Notes: generated by a model from the letters alone, not told the origin. A stretch of 64,000 bases of DNA from an uncultured Chloroflexia bacterium (GCA_963821595.1 CAWGEL010000026.1:24134-88133), one strand, 5' to 3'; numbered from the stretch's first letter, positions 1 to 9,381 are shown. Numbers and translations: made by a program.

Positions 1-399
1 GGGGCCGGGATCCTGCTCGCGGGGACGATGTTCGCTGCCAACGTCGTGCTGGGCCTCGACCGCAGCGACGTGGCCGGCTGGTCGCTCGCGACGCTGGCCG
101 CCTGGGGCCTGGTCGCCCTGGCCATGGTCACGTGCGCCGCCTGGCCGATCCTCGTCGATCCACGGCGCGACGCGCTGGGCGCGCGGGCCAGGATCCGGCT
201 GGCACTGCTGCTCCCCATCGCGTACCCCTTCCGCTTCGGCGCCCTCGCACTCGTGCTCGCCGTGCTGCTCGCAGCCAGTACCATCGCGTTCGCGGCTCTC
301 ATGACGGTGTCGGTCGCCTACATGGCGCTGGTGGCCGCCCGGTATGTCCTGCCCGCCTCGGACCGCCTGGAGGCGCGAATGCGTCACGACGCACGCTGA
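1..399 (+). CDS. hypothetical integral membrane protein (5' end outside window)
   Basis: The frame is open from base 1, with no stop before the listed Met at 28. Ala/Leu/Val-rich hydrophobic stretches are compatible with several TM helices. Stop at 397-399. Confidence 0.45.
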   Translation, partial: GAGILLAGTMFAANVVLGLDRSDVAGWSLATLAAWGLVALAMVTCAAWPILVDPRRDALGARARIRLALLLPIAYPFRFGALALVLAVLLAASTIAFAALMTVSVAYMALVAARYVLPASDRLEARMRHDAR

Positions 400-412
400 G
401 GTGCCCGACGAG

Positions 413-2772
413 ATGAACACCGCCGATCGGCGGGCCCGGCCGCCGACGCGCGGCGACGCGACACGTCAGGACGGCCCCGGCCCCGCCATGGACGCGACGC
501 CACGTCACGGACCCGGCCCGGCGAGCGACGACCCGGGCTGGCTCGTGACGTTCACCGGGTCGGAACCGGAGCACGAACGCTCCCGGGCGGCGCAGACGGC
601 GCTCGCCGATGGGGTGATCGGGACGGCGGGGAGTGCGCCCCTCAGGCTTCCCGACTCCCGCTGCGAGGTCATCGTCGGGAACGTCTTCGTGGGGACGGGC
701 GCCGCGACCGACCTGCTCCGCGCACCCACGTGGACGCTCCTGGACGGTGAGCCGGCGGCCGATCCTGGACTGGTCCGGGTCCTCGACCTGCACTCCGGCA
801 CGCTTCACCAGGAGATCCAGACCGTCGCCGGGACCCTGAAGGTGACCACGTTCTCGTCGCTGTCGAGTCCCGGGCTCGTTGGTCTCCGCGCATGGGGCCC
901 GGGCGGCGGGCCCGCGGCGATGGCGCCCCGGCGAGCGGGCCCGCGGCGATGGCGCCTGCGACAAGCGGGCCGGTGACAAGCGCGCCCGCGGAGATCGCGT
1001 CCCTCACCAGCGCACCCGCCGCGCTCGCGCCCGCACGACGGCGCGGCGTCGTGGTTCAGCCAGGCGCGTCGCGCCCGCAGCTGGCCGACGCCGGCGGCGG
1101 GGTTCCGGCCCTCCAGATCGCGGCCCATCCCGGCGGGGTCGCGATCGCCACCCACGATTCGCCCTGGGTCGGATCGGATGGGACGCCAGGGCTGGATCGG
1201 CTGGGCGTGTACGTCGCGAGCCCCAGGCGGTTGCCCGCGGCGACGACCGCGGCGCGACGCCTTCGCGATGCGCGGCGGCGGGGCCTGGACGACCTCCTGG
1301 ACCGGCATCGAGCGGCGTGGGCGCGCCGGTGGGACGAAGCCGGCATCCAGTTCGGGGCCGACCCTGAGCTCCAGCGCGCCGTCCGCTTCAGCCTCTACCA
1401 CCTCATCGGATTCGCCCCGGACGCGGCGAGGCAGCGGTCGGGGCGCGGGGCCTCACCGGCCCGGCATACCGCGGGCACGTGTTCTGGGATGCCGACGTGT
1501 TCGTGTTGCCGTTCTACGCGGCGACGCATCCACGGACGGCGCGGGCAATGCTGGAGTACCGGGTGAGGCGCCTGAAGACCGCCCAGGAGAACGCGGCCGC
1601 AGAAGGACTATGCGGGAGCCTGGTTCCCATGGGAGTCCGCCCGTGACGGCCGCGACGTCACGCCTCGCTGGGTCACCGGCGTGGACGGCACGCCGATCAG
1701 GATCTGGACCGGCGATCGCGAGCTGCACATCGTGGCGGACGTGGCCTGGGCGGCGGCCACGTACATCGCATGGACGGGCGATGCCGCATTCGCCGCGGGA
1801 CCCGGGCGCCGGATCTTCGTGGAGACCGCCCGGTTCTGGGCCTCGCGGATCGAGATGGATGGAGCCGGGCAGCGGCCATCTCCGGGGCGTCGTCGGACCC
1901 GACGAGTACCACGAGCTCATCGACGACAACGCCTACACCAACGTCATGGCCCGCTGGAACCTGCGCCACGCGGCCAGGGCGACCGCGGGCGACGGTTCCG
2001 TCGCGGCCGAGGAACGGGAACGGTGGGAGGCGATCGCGGCCGCGCTCGTCGACGGCTACGACCCGGCGACGGGCCGCCACGAGGAGTTCACCGGCTTCTA
2101 CGGTCTCGAGCCCGTGATCGTGCGCGACCTCCTCCGCCGACCGGTCGCGGCGGACGCGGTCCTGGGTCGAGATCGGGTGGTCGCGAGCCAGGTCGTGAAG
2201 CAGGCCGACGTGCTGATGCTCCACTTCCTGGTGCCGGACGAGATGCCGGCGGGCTCGCTCGATCCCCGACCTCGAGTACTACGAGCCGCGCACTCCCACG
2301 GCAGCTCGCTGTCGCCCGGCGTGCACGCGGCCCTGCTCGCCCGCGCCGGCAGGCTCGACGAGGCGGTCGACGCGCTGTCAATGACCGCCCGCCTGGACCT
2401 CGACGAGTCCCTGACATCGGCGGCCCTGGGCATGCACGCGGCAACGATGGGCGGCCTCTGGCAGGCGCTCGTCACCGGGTTCGGCGGCATCCGGCCGCTG
2501 GACGACGCCCTGCTCGTCGATCCCCGAATGCCCGGGGCCTGGGGTGAGGTTCGCATCCCGGTCCGCTACCGCGGGAGCCGCGTCCGCCTCCGCGTGACAG
2601 AGGACCGCCTGGAGATCCGCGCCCAACCCGCCGCGTCCATCCGGGTCGGGGCCGGCGCGCCCATGGTCATCGGCCCGCGCGGCCGGCAATTCCGCCGCAC
2701 CGGCGGTGGGTGGGAGCCGGAACGTGACCACCAGTCGGGCGGACGCCTCGACGGCGAGCGGTCCGCCGATCT
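413..2772 (+). pseudogene. glycoside hydrolase family 65 (maltose/trehalose/kojibiose phosphorylase-like), multiply frameshifted
   Basis: GH65-like sequence is readable but split over all three + frames. DDPGWLVTFTG... is in ORF 344-976. ELQRAVRFSLYHL is in ORF 892-1566. GLTGPAYRGHVFWDADVFVLPFYAATHP is in the third frame (~1443-1650, no listed ORF). [20 protein letters not shown] is in ORF 1681-2547. [26 protein letters not shown] ... [11 protein letters not shown] is in ORF 1178-3232 from ~1878. A further local shift at ~2262-2295 puts [10 protein letters not shown] in another frame. The start (413 or 488) and the 3' end are uncertain. Confidence 0.8.
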
Positions 2773-2827
2773 GAGGTTCCGCTGCGCGGCGGGCGGGTGG
2801 GGCGAGACGGCCGGTACGGCGTCCCGC

Positions 2828-3130
2828 CTACCTCGTCGTGATCTCCTGCTCGGCCTTGCTCCAATCCTGAACTGCCTGGCCTTCGCCGCGGCCTCGCTCC
2901 TCGTACAGCTCGTGAGCGCGCTCACCGATCTCGCCCTGCAGCTGGACCTCGCGCTTGAGGAGGACCGGCAGCGTCTTCACCGCGAACGAGGCATGCGCCA
3001 TGAGATCGACGCTGACCACGCGCCAGCCGTCCTTGGCGAACTCGTTGAGGTGCTCGACCAACTCGTCAAGCCGGGACTCGGACTCGTCCTTCCAATGCAC
3101 CTGCTCGATCTTGTACTCGAGGCGATCCAT
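2828..3130 (-). CDS. DUF4177-like N-terminal domain fused to a DUF2934-like C-terminal segment
   Basis: LEYKIEQV...LNEFAKDGWRVVSV matches the DUF4177 pattern. ERAHELYEERGRGEGQAVQDWSKAEQEI matches the DUF2934 pattern. Clean 100-aa ORF. Confidence 0.8.
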   Translation of the reverse strand: MDRLEYKIEQVHWKDESESRLDELVEHLNEFAKDGWRVVSVDLMAHASFAVKTLPVLLKREVQLQGEIGERAHELYEERGRGEGQAVQDWSKAEQEITTR

Positions 3131-3232
3131 TGCGCTTCCTTTCCTGGCTCCTGGGCCTCTCCGTCGCGCTCGCGTCTGCGGGCAGCTTCCAGTTCAGCCG
3201 TTGTCACCAGTGTGTCCGCCCGGCAGGGGTGA

Positions 3233-3250
3233 GTCATGACGGCTCTTCAT
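3233..3250. promoter_or_regulatory. degenerate copy (15/18) of the GTCATGAC-N5-GTCAT element
   Basis: GTCATGACGGCTCTTCAT, compared with GTCATGACGGTCCGTCAT at 7297-7314. It lies 103 nt upstream of the minus-strand start at 3130, in the same relative orientation as the other copies. Confidence 0.35.
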
Positions 3251-3445
3251 CTGGGCCGCCTCGCTCGGGACGGCCCGGGTTCTCCCGTTCGCCGGGCGTC
3301 GCAGCACGCTCCGTCCGGGGCGCTCCCTGGTCGCCGTGCCAGCCGGGATACGCCAGGTCATGACGAGGGACGAACCCCGCGCGACACTTCGCTCACGCGG
3401 GTGACCGAACCCGAGGTGTCGACCACCCGACGGGGGTTCGGCGTC

Positions 3446-4768
3446 ATGCTCGAAACCCAGCCCGTCGACGCCCTGGCGGCCCACGGTGCCGCCGGCGCCG
3501 ATTCGCCCGTCCCGGCGAAGTTGGCGGTCATACCGCTCTTCCGCAACCGCGATTTCCTGCGCCTGTGGTTCGTCGCGGCCGCGACGCAGGTGGGCGGCCA
3601 CATGGCGCTCTACGCGATGACGATCCTCGTGTTCTCGACCACGCGGTCGAACACGGCGGTCAGCGCGCTCCTGATGACCTACATGCTCCCCCAGGTGCTT
3701 CTGTCGCCGTTCGCGGGCGTGATCATCGACCGGATGGACCTTCGCTGGGCCATGATCGCTCCCAATGCCGTCCGAGCGGCCCTGATGGTCGGACTTGCCC
3801 TGGCAGGCGTCAGCGTCCCAATCCTGTTGCTCCTCAATCTCGGGATCAGCCTCACGAGCGTCGTGCTCATGCCGGCCGAGGGCTCGATGGTTCCGCGGGT
3901 CGTGCCGGCCGACCACCTCGAGACAGCCCTGGGAATCTTCAACCTGACCTTCCAGGCCTCGTTCGCAGTTGGTTTCGCCTTCGCGGGTCCGCTCCTCGTC
4001 GTGGTCTTCGGGCCATCGGTCGTCCTGGGGGTTGTCGCGGCCCTCTACGTGGCCGCGACCGTCGCGTGCATCGGCTTGCCGACCGCCCCGCCCGAGGCGA
4101 GACCTGCTGACCACCTCCGGCGTTCCGATGCAATCCAGCCCATCCGCGAGCTTCTCGACGGGTTTCGCATGGTCACCGGCAACCTCGAGATCGAGCGCCC
4201 GATCATCGTGCAGGCCGCCGCGGCGGCTGTGGCCGGCGTCCTCGGCGTGCTCGGTCCGGCGCTCGCGGTCACGATCGGCCTCGAGCCCAGCCACTTCGCC
4301 GTCGTCGTCCTTCCCCTTGGCGTCGGGGTCGTCGTCGGCGTCGTGGGACTTCGCCGGCTGAGGCACATCGCCCACCGACGGATCGCGGAGGTCGGGCTCA
4401 TGGCGTTCGGTGCACTCGCCTTCTCGCTGGCCCTCATGGCGGCGGTCGGGAGCGCCCTGGGCGAGTTCGCCAACTCCGTCCTGCCGTTCGTGGTCGGGGC
4501 CGCCTTCGGAGCCGGCGCCGCCTACGGGATGACCGCGGTGTCGGCGCAGACCGCGCTCGTGGAAGCGATGCCGTCCGACGCTCGTGGTCGCGTCTTCGGC
4601 GTCCTCGCATCGATCGTGAGCGCCGTGGCCCTGCTGACCTCCGTGGTCGCGGGACCCGCTGCCGACCACGTCTCGGCACCGGTTGTCGTCGCCGCGGTGG
4701 GCCTTGCGGTCGCGGCAGTCGCAGCCTGGCTGACACGCCGCACCGGCCCGCGGCGCCACCGTCATTAA
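3446..4768 (+). CDS. MFS transporter (MFS_3/EntS-like)
   Basis: About 12 predicted hydrophobic segments. The N-terminal pattern FRNRDFLRLWFVAAATQVGGHM ... LLSPFAGVIIDRMD is typical of this MFS subfamily. Start could be ATG 3446 or GTG 3401. The long N-terminal part of ORF 3236-4768 is Arg/Pro-rich and unlikely to be coding. Confidence 0.85.
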   Translation: MLETQPVDALAAHGAAGADSPVPAKLAVIPLFRNRDFLRLWFVAAATQVGGHMALYAMTILVFSTTRSNTAVSALLMTYMLPQVLLSPFAGVIIDRMDLRWAMIAPNAVRAALMVGLALAGVSVPILLLLNLGISLTSVVLMPAEGSMVPRVVPADHLETALGIFNLTFQASFAVGFAFAGPLLVVVFGPSVVLGVVAALYVAATVACIGLPTAPPEARPADHLRRSDAIQPIRELLDGFRMVTGNLEIERPIIVQAAAAAVAGVLGVLGPALAVTIGLEPSHFAVVVLPLGVGVVVGVVGLRRLRHIAHRRIAEVGLMAFGALAFSLALMAAVGSALGEFANSVLPFVVGAAFGAGAAYGMTAVSAQTALVEAMPSDARGRVFGVLASIVSAVALLTSVVAGPAADHVSAPVVVAAVGLAVAAVAAWLTRRTGPRRHRH

Positions 4769-5020
4769 GTTGAGGTCGTGGGTCGGCGAGCGCCTGGCCA
4801 ACGGCGGGATCGGTGTCAGCCCATGCTGCGAGCTCGATCACCGCATGCGGCGGCCCCGTGGCGACCGCCACGATCCGGTGATTGCCGGTCGAGCAAAGCG
4901 ACGACCGGGTGACCGGGTCAGGTGACCCGCGTCCGCAGCCGCCCGTCCGCTCTCGTCACGCCCGTGCCATGCCCTGGCCCCTGGACGGCGCATCCCTCGA
5001 GACGCAGAGGGCCGGTTCGC

Positions 5021-5284
5021 TCAGGCGGTGGTGCCGCGGCGCCCCATCAACAGCCGGTAGATCGCGACCACCACCACGCCGCCGATCACCGCGACAACGA
5101 TGCTCTCGACGTTGATGCCAGTCACGTCGGCGACCTTCAGGACGGTGCCGGCGAGATAACCCCCGACGACCGCACCGATGATGCCCAGGATGACCGTGCC
5201 AATGACGCCCTCGCCGCCGCCCATGATCAGGTTCGTGAGGAACCCGGCGATCGCACCCAGGATGATCCACGCGATGATGCCCAT
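5021..5284 (-). CDS. GlsB/YeaQ/YmgE family stress-response membrane protein
   Basis: MGIIAWIILGAIAGFLTNLIMGG...GIIGAVVGGYL is the characteristic family pattern. AGGAGG lies 5 nt upstream of the ATG at 5284. Confidence 0.9.
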   Translation of the reverse strand: MGIIAWIILGAIAGFLTNLIMGGGEGVIGTVILGIIGAVVGGYLAGTVLKVADVTGINVESIVVAVIGGVVVVAIYRLLMGRRGTTA

Positions 5285-5457
5285 GGCTACCTCCTGCTGA
5301 CGAACGCGCCATGCGGAGCACGCACGGCGCCACGTGCCCGGGGTTCGCCTCGGCCGCGAATCCTCACGGCCGAGGCGCTCGATGCGTCACGACCCGCGCC
5401 GCCAAGCGGCGGATTGGGCCGCGGCGGGCCTTGAACGAAATTCGGCTTGGCCGGTAC

Positions 5458-5967
5458 CTACGCCGAGCCGGCCGGCTCGCGGCGGAAGATCCCCACCGCC
5501 CAGATCACGACCAGCTCGATGATGGTCCAGCCGACAAACGCGACGACGGCGGCGACGTCGAGCGTCGCACCACCCGACGTCAGGGCGTTCGACTTGAGGA
5601 TCCCCTCGAACGGGGCGACGAAGATCTTGCTGAGATCCAGGACACCCGAAACCAGCGCGTTACCGGTGCTGGCGTCGAGCAGGAGCAGGACGATCCGCAG
5701 GCCGATGACGATCTGGATGAGCCCGAACAGGAGCACGATGACGCGTCGGGCCAGCTCGGAACCGCCGGGTCCCGAGCGCATGCTGACGTGGCGCTCTGTC
5801 TGGCGCACTTCCTGGACTGCTGCGACCGGCGCTGCTGCGGCCGGCACCGTTGCGGGCGGAACCGCGGCGGCGACCGGCGCGGTCTGTGCGACCGGCGCCG
5901 CTGCGTTGTCGGCCGTGACGACTGATTCTCTGGTGACGACCGTCTGATCGACTGCATCGGTGGCCAT
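5458..5967 (-). CDS. YggT family membrane protein with Ala/Pro/Val-rich N-terminal extension
   Basis: The C-terminal half (RRVIVLLFGLIQIVIGLRIVLLLLD ... FVAPFEGIL ... WTIIELVVIWAV) resembles a YGGT repeat. ATG at 5967 is preceded by AAGGAGA. Confidence 0.7.
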   Translation of the reverse strand: MATDAVDQTVVTRESVVTADNAAAPVAQTAPVAAAVPPATVPAAAAPVAAVQEVRQTERHVSMRSGPGGSELARRVIVLLFGLIQIVIGLRIVLLLLDASTGNALVSGVLDLSKIFVAPFEGILKSNALTSGGATLDVAAVVAFVGWTIIELVVIWAVGIFRREPAGSA

Positions 5968-6111
5968 GACGTCTCCTTGTACGCCCCTGGCGCCGCCGCC
6001 CACTTGCGGCAGGTGAGGGTCGGCGGACTGGGCTCGATGTCATTCCAAGGACCCGACGCCCTGCATTGACCTCTTGGGCGCCATTCGAGTGTGTTGTCGG
6101 ACGTTGGTCGT

Positions 6112-6129
6112 GTCATGACAGTCCGTCAT
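6112..6129. promoter_or_regulatory. copy A of the GTCATGAC-N5-GTCAT element
   Basis: GTCATGACAGTCCGTCAT, 145 nt upstream of the yggT-like start at 5967 (minus strand). Confidence 0.5.
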
Positions 6130-6288
6130 CACGCCGTGCGCACCAGCCAGGGGGACGCCACGGTCAGCGGCTGCTCCGCGAGGGAGCCAGGCAGACGTGC
6201 CGAGCGACGACGCCGTCGCTCGTCAGGAACGTGCCACCGAATGAGCCGCCCGAGGATTTCGGACCGCCGGCACCCTGGGTCAGGTTCC

Positions 6289-6555
6289 TCAGCGATCGCC
6301 GGACCCCGCGGTCGCGGCGCCGCGCGCTCCGGCCGGCTGATCCAGGTACCGACGGAGGACCTTGTGCGCGACGAACGATGCCGCCCAACCCAGCGGAACG
6401 TATCGGACCGGCAGGAACACGAGGCCCGCGGACGCAAGCTCCCGGGTGGCCGGGTGCCGGGCGGCATTGCCAACGACGTTTCGAACGTTGGCACGATGGC
6501 TCAGCCCTCGCAGGAGCCGGCGGCGGTCGTGGAGGACACGCTGGCCGATGGTCAA
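6289..6555 (-). CDS. hypothetical protein (weak call)
   Basis: 88-aa ORF with a fairly GC-rich third codon position (by eye) and one hydrophobic stretch (LVFLPVRYVPLGWAASFVAHKVL). No family recognised, TTG start, no clear RBS. Confidence 0.25.
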   Translation of the reverse strand: MTIGQRVLHDRRRLLRGLSHRANVRNVVGNAARHPATRELASAGLVFLPVRYVPLGWAASFVAHKVLRRYLDQPAGARGAATAGSGDR

Positions 6556-6844
6556 GAGGCGGTGATCGGACGGCGGCGACGATCAGGCACGGGTCGGGCA
6601 GGGTCCCGATGCCGACGAGACTGGCAAGGCGAGTTGCTGACGGCATTCGGACGGTTCCGTGGTGCGGATGTGGGCGTTCGCCCGCGGCTCGACCACTGGC
6701 CGGCTCGAGGCGTCCGGCTTCCTGGTCCCGGCTTCGGCGGCCCATGAGGCCGGCGGGCATCACCAGGTGATTGCGTTACGGCCCGGGTGCTTCGTCCGCC
6801 CCTGAGGGTCAAGGCGAGGGCCGGCTCGCTCCGTCGATCGACGA

Positions 6845-6928
6845 CTAGATCACGTGCAGCAACCAGAGGACCAGCAGCACGATGACGATCACGCCGACGA
6901 TTCCGATGCCACCACTTCTCGAATTCAT
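6845..6928 (-). CDS. 27-aa hydrophobic micro-protein (lmo0937-like resemblance)
   Basis: MNSRSGGIGIVGVIVIVLLVLWLLHVI. AGGAG lies 6 nt upstream of the ATG at 6928. It sits directly downstream of the CsbD gene on the same strand. Confidence 0.5.
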   Translation of the reverse strand: MNSRSGGIGIVGVIVIVLLVLWLLHVI

Positions 6929-6983
6929 CTCATGCTCCTGTTCGACGAGCCGGGAGTCGCATACCAGAACGCCAGCCCCCGGA

Positions 6984-7169
6984 TCAGGGCTCGTGCCTCG
7001 GCTTTCGGACGGCGTCCTGAACCTCGCCCAGGCGCTCCTGGGCATGGCCCTGGGCCTGCCTGGCCCTGCCGCGGACCTGTTCCTGCCTGTTCCCGGTGAC
7101 CTTGCCCAGGGCCTCCTCGACCTTGCCCCGGGCCTTGCTCAGCGTGCCCTTGACGTGCTCATCGGGCAT
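6984..7169 (-). CDS. CsbD family general-stress protein
   Basis: KGTLSKARGKVEEALGKVTGN...QGHAQERLGEVQDAV is the CsbD pattern. GGAGGA lies upstream of the ATG at 7169. Confidence 0.9.
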   Translation of the reverse strand: MPDEHVKGTLSKARGKVEEALGKVTGNRQEQVRGRARQAQGHAQERLGEVQDAVRKPRHEP

Positions 7170-7296
7170 TGCGTTCCTCCTTCCAGCTGGGCCTGTTCAC
7201 GTCGGCACACGTCTGCATGCGATCAGTCAGCCTCGGCGTGCGGCGCTTCGGGGGAGTCCGCAGGCTCCCGCTAGTCTCGCCTCCGGGCTCCCTGCG

Positions 7297-7314
7297 GTCA
7301 TGACGGTCCGTCAT
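7297..7314. promoter_or_regulatory. copy B of the GTCATGAC-N5-GTCAT element
   Basis: GTCATGACGGTCCGTCAT, which contains the perfect 8-1-8 palindrome CATGACGG-T-CCGTCATG (7299-7315). It lies 128 nt upstream of the CsbD start at 7169 (minus strand). Confidence 0.55.
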
Positions 7315-7432
7315 GGGCCTCGGAGGCGGCGCGACGCCGGCAACAAGCCGCCGGAAGCCGTCGGCGCGCAACGCCGTCGAGCCCGGCGGGAGTCCAGGCG
7401 GGACCGTGTGCGGCAACGGCTCAGGAGCAGCG

Positions 7433-7445
7433 GATGACGGTCATC
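7433..7445. promoter_or_regulatory. short palindrome sharing the ATGAC/GTCAT core
   Basis: GATGAC-G-GTCATC, a 6-1-6 perfect inverted repeat located between copies B and C. Confidence 0.3.
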
Positions 7446-7484
7446 GGAATCCCCGTCCGGGGAGCGGAGTAGCCCGACGCCCCG

Positions 7485-7502
7485 ATGACGAACCGTCATG
7501 AC
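7485..7502. promoter_or_regulatory. copy C (inverted) of the GTCATGAC-N5-GTCAT element
   Basis: ATGACGAACCGTCATGAC is the reverse complement of GTCATGACGGTTCGTCAT (17/18 to copy B). It lies 117 nt upstream of the plus-strand micro-ORF start at 7619. Confidence 0.5.
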
Positions 7503-7618
7503 GCCGCGGCGCCCGGGCTGCAGATTGGCAGAGGCGCACGTGGTCGCCTCAAGGCAGGCGATCCCGCCGGCGTCCGCTCAGGCGGACGGTGGCGGGCGGC
7601 CAACTGGAGGCTACATTC

Positions 7619-7702
7619 ATGGACATCGTCAGCGTCGTCGTCGTTGTTCTCGTCGTGCTCTTCTTCCTCGGCTACTTCGGGCGTGGCTGGATCCGCCGCT
7701 AG
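7619..7702 (+). CDS. 27-aa hydrophobic micro-protein (not in ORF track)
   Basis: ATG at 7619 is preceded by GGAGG (7606-7610, 8-nt spacer). Translation is MDIVSVVVVVLVVLFFLGYFGRGWIRR, with TAG at 7700-7702. Confidence 0.45.
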   Translation: MDIVSVVVVVLVVLFFLGYFGRGWIRR

Positions 7703-7766
7703 CGACCGTCGCCGCGATCCCGGGCCAGAGCCGGGTGGGCATGTTCCCTGACCGCGGCGCGCCCTG

Positions 7767-7958
7767 ATGGGTAGAGAGCGACCGCAGATCGTCGTCGTCC
7801 GCCAGGGCGGCGATCACGGGTGCCTGATCACGCTGTTGCTCCTGATCGTCGCGTGGCCCCTGGCCATCGTGTACTGGATCCTTCGGTTGATGGCCTGGGT
7901 TGTCGGCCTGGTCGTCGACTGGTTGACCCTTGGACCCGTGCGACGCCGCCGCCGCTGA
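7767..7958 (+). CDS. small Trp-rich membrane protein, hypothetical
   Basis: 63-aa ORF with two hydrophobic stretches (CLITLLLLIVAWPLAIVYWILRLMAWVVGLVVDWL) and a basic C-terminus. No clear RBS. Confidence 0.4.
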   Translation: MGRERPQIVVVRQGGDHGCLITLLLLIVAWPLAIVYWILRLMAWVVGLVVDWLTLGPVRRRRR

Positions 7959-8020
7959 ACGCGGCCGGGTCGGCGGGCGCGGGGCGATGGCGTCCGGTAT
8001 GTCCGTCGGAGGAGATGGCA

Positions 8021-8317
8021 ATGGGAACGGGTGACCTGGCTACCAAGCGGACGTTCACGAGCGACGAGGCACGCGCCGTCGCGACCACGCTCGGGATCGA
8101 CTTCGCTGCCCTGGGGTGCGATCTCGAGCAGTTCCGGATGGGGCTGGATGTGGAGCTCGAGCACGGACCACGCGACCCGGAGACCGACGTCAGCGGGAAC
8201 AACCCGATCGTCACCGGCAAGATCGCGCTCGCGCACCTCACGGAGTTCCCCGATTACTACACCCGCCTGGCTGTCCTGGAGCGCGAAGCGGCCGCGCACG
8301 CAGCCGAGAAGAACTAG
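8021..8317 (+). CDS. DUF5661-like protein
   Basis: GLDVELEHG...TGKIALAHLTEFPDYYTRLAVLE matches the DUF5661 pattern as I recall it. GGAGGAG lies 6 nt upstream of the ATG at 8021. An alternative ATG is at 8015. Confidence 0.7.
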   Translation: MGTGDLATKRTFTSDEARAVATTLGIDFAALGCDLEQFRMGLDVELEHGPRDPETDVSGNNPIVTGKIALAHLTEFPDYYTRLAVLEREAAAHAAEKN

Positions 8318-8438
8318 CGGGGGTCGGCGCGGTCCGCATCGGCCCGTGCGTGCGGCTCAGGGCGGGCGTGCCCTGCGCTGAGTGCAACCGACGTCGCCTG
8401 CCGGCGCCACGCGTCGCCCCCCTGGGGGCGCCCCGCGA

Positions 8439-8957
8439 TCAGAGCGGCCGTCGAGATCGGCGCCGCCGACGGCTGGCGTGAGTCCCCTCGGCGTCCTCCG
8501 TGGCGACGATGCTGATCGATCCGTCGGCCTCGAGCGTCGCGAGCTTCATCTGGCCAACCGCATCAAGACCGTGCTCGCGAAGCGCGGCCTCGACGTCCAC
8601 GAGGTCAAGACCCTGGCGGATGAGCACCGGGAGGAGCCACTTCCCGTCGCGCCCGACGATCGTCGGCCCGAACTCGAGGATGCGGCGGACGAACGCACTC
8701 CGGACGCGCAGGACGGCGACGGCCCGGTTGAGGATGAAGAGGGTCACGATCACGATGAGCCCGCCCAGGATCGAAGCGTCAGGTCCGGTGATCGCCGGCT
8801 GCAATGCGTTTGCCGCGAGCAGCACGAGGGCCAGGTCGAAGAGCGTGAACTGGCCGATCTCGCGCTTCCCGAACAGGCGGAGGGCACCGAAGAACACGAC
8901 GTAGATGAGCGTCGCCCGGAGCACGAGCTCGAGCGGCGGGGTACCCAGCGTCCACAT
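8439..8957 (-). CDS. DUF421 (YetF-like) membrane protein
   Basis: ATLIYVVFFGALRLFGKREIGQFTLFDLALVLLAANA is the typical DUF421 N-terminus. AGAGGA lies upstream of the ATG at 8957. Confidence 0.85.
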   Translation of the reverse strand: MWTLGTPPLELVLRATLIYVVFFGALRLFGKREIGQFTLFDLALVLLAANALQPAITGPDASILGGLIVIVTLFILNRAVAVLRVRSAFVRRILEFGPTIVGRDGKWLLPVLIRQGLDLVDVEAALREHGLDAVGQMKLATLEADGSISIVATEDAEGTHASRRRRRSRRPL

Positions 8958-9381
8958 TCGGCAGGTCCTCTGCGATCGACGACGAAGTCATGACTATGGG
9001 CCTGAGCTCGTCGGCTCGCATGGAGGCATTGGTGGCTGGCGGGAATGCCCGTTCCATCCTCTGCCTGGCAACCATTGCCATGGCGGACGACACGCCGTTC
9101 GGGAGGCCGGCGGTGCATCGCGGGCCGATGCCCTGGCAGGCACGAGCATGGCTCGAGAACGAGGGAATGAGTCCGGCGCGCCGCTCCGCGGCTGAAGTGT
9201 GTCGACGAGCGCTGGCCCGGCGACGCGAGGTTCTGAGTGGGCGAACCTGCCCTGCCGGCGCTCAGACCGACGCGGCCGATCGTGTCGCCCTGGAGCACCA
9301 TGGCGCGCCGTCAACTGCGTGCGCAACCATGTCCCGAATCACGGGCCCTGAGGGTGGCCGAGCTGCTCGCCTCTCGGGTGG

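Noticed and set aside
3194-4801. 535-aa ORF antisense to the MFS transporter gene
   Set aside because: The composition is extremely Arg/Asp/Gly/His-rich with no recognisable motifs, while the opposite strand encodes a clear 12-TM transporter. This is a typical high-GC shadow ORF.
6066-6812. Several overlapping 200-230-aa ORFs on both strands between the yggT-like gene and the micro-ORF/CsbD pair
   Set aside because: All are Arg/Pro/Gly-rich with no motifs. Only the 88-aa minus ORF 6289-6555 has semi-plausible composition, and it is listed at low confidence. A frameshifted gene here cannot be excluded.
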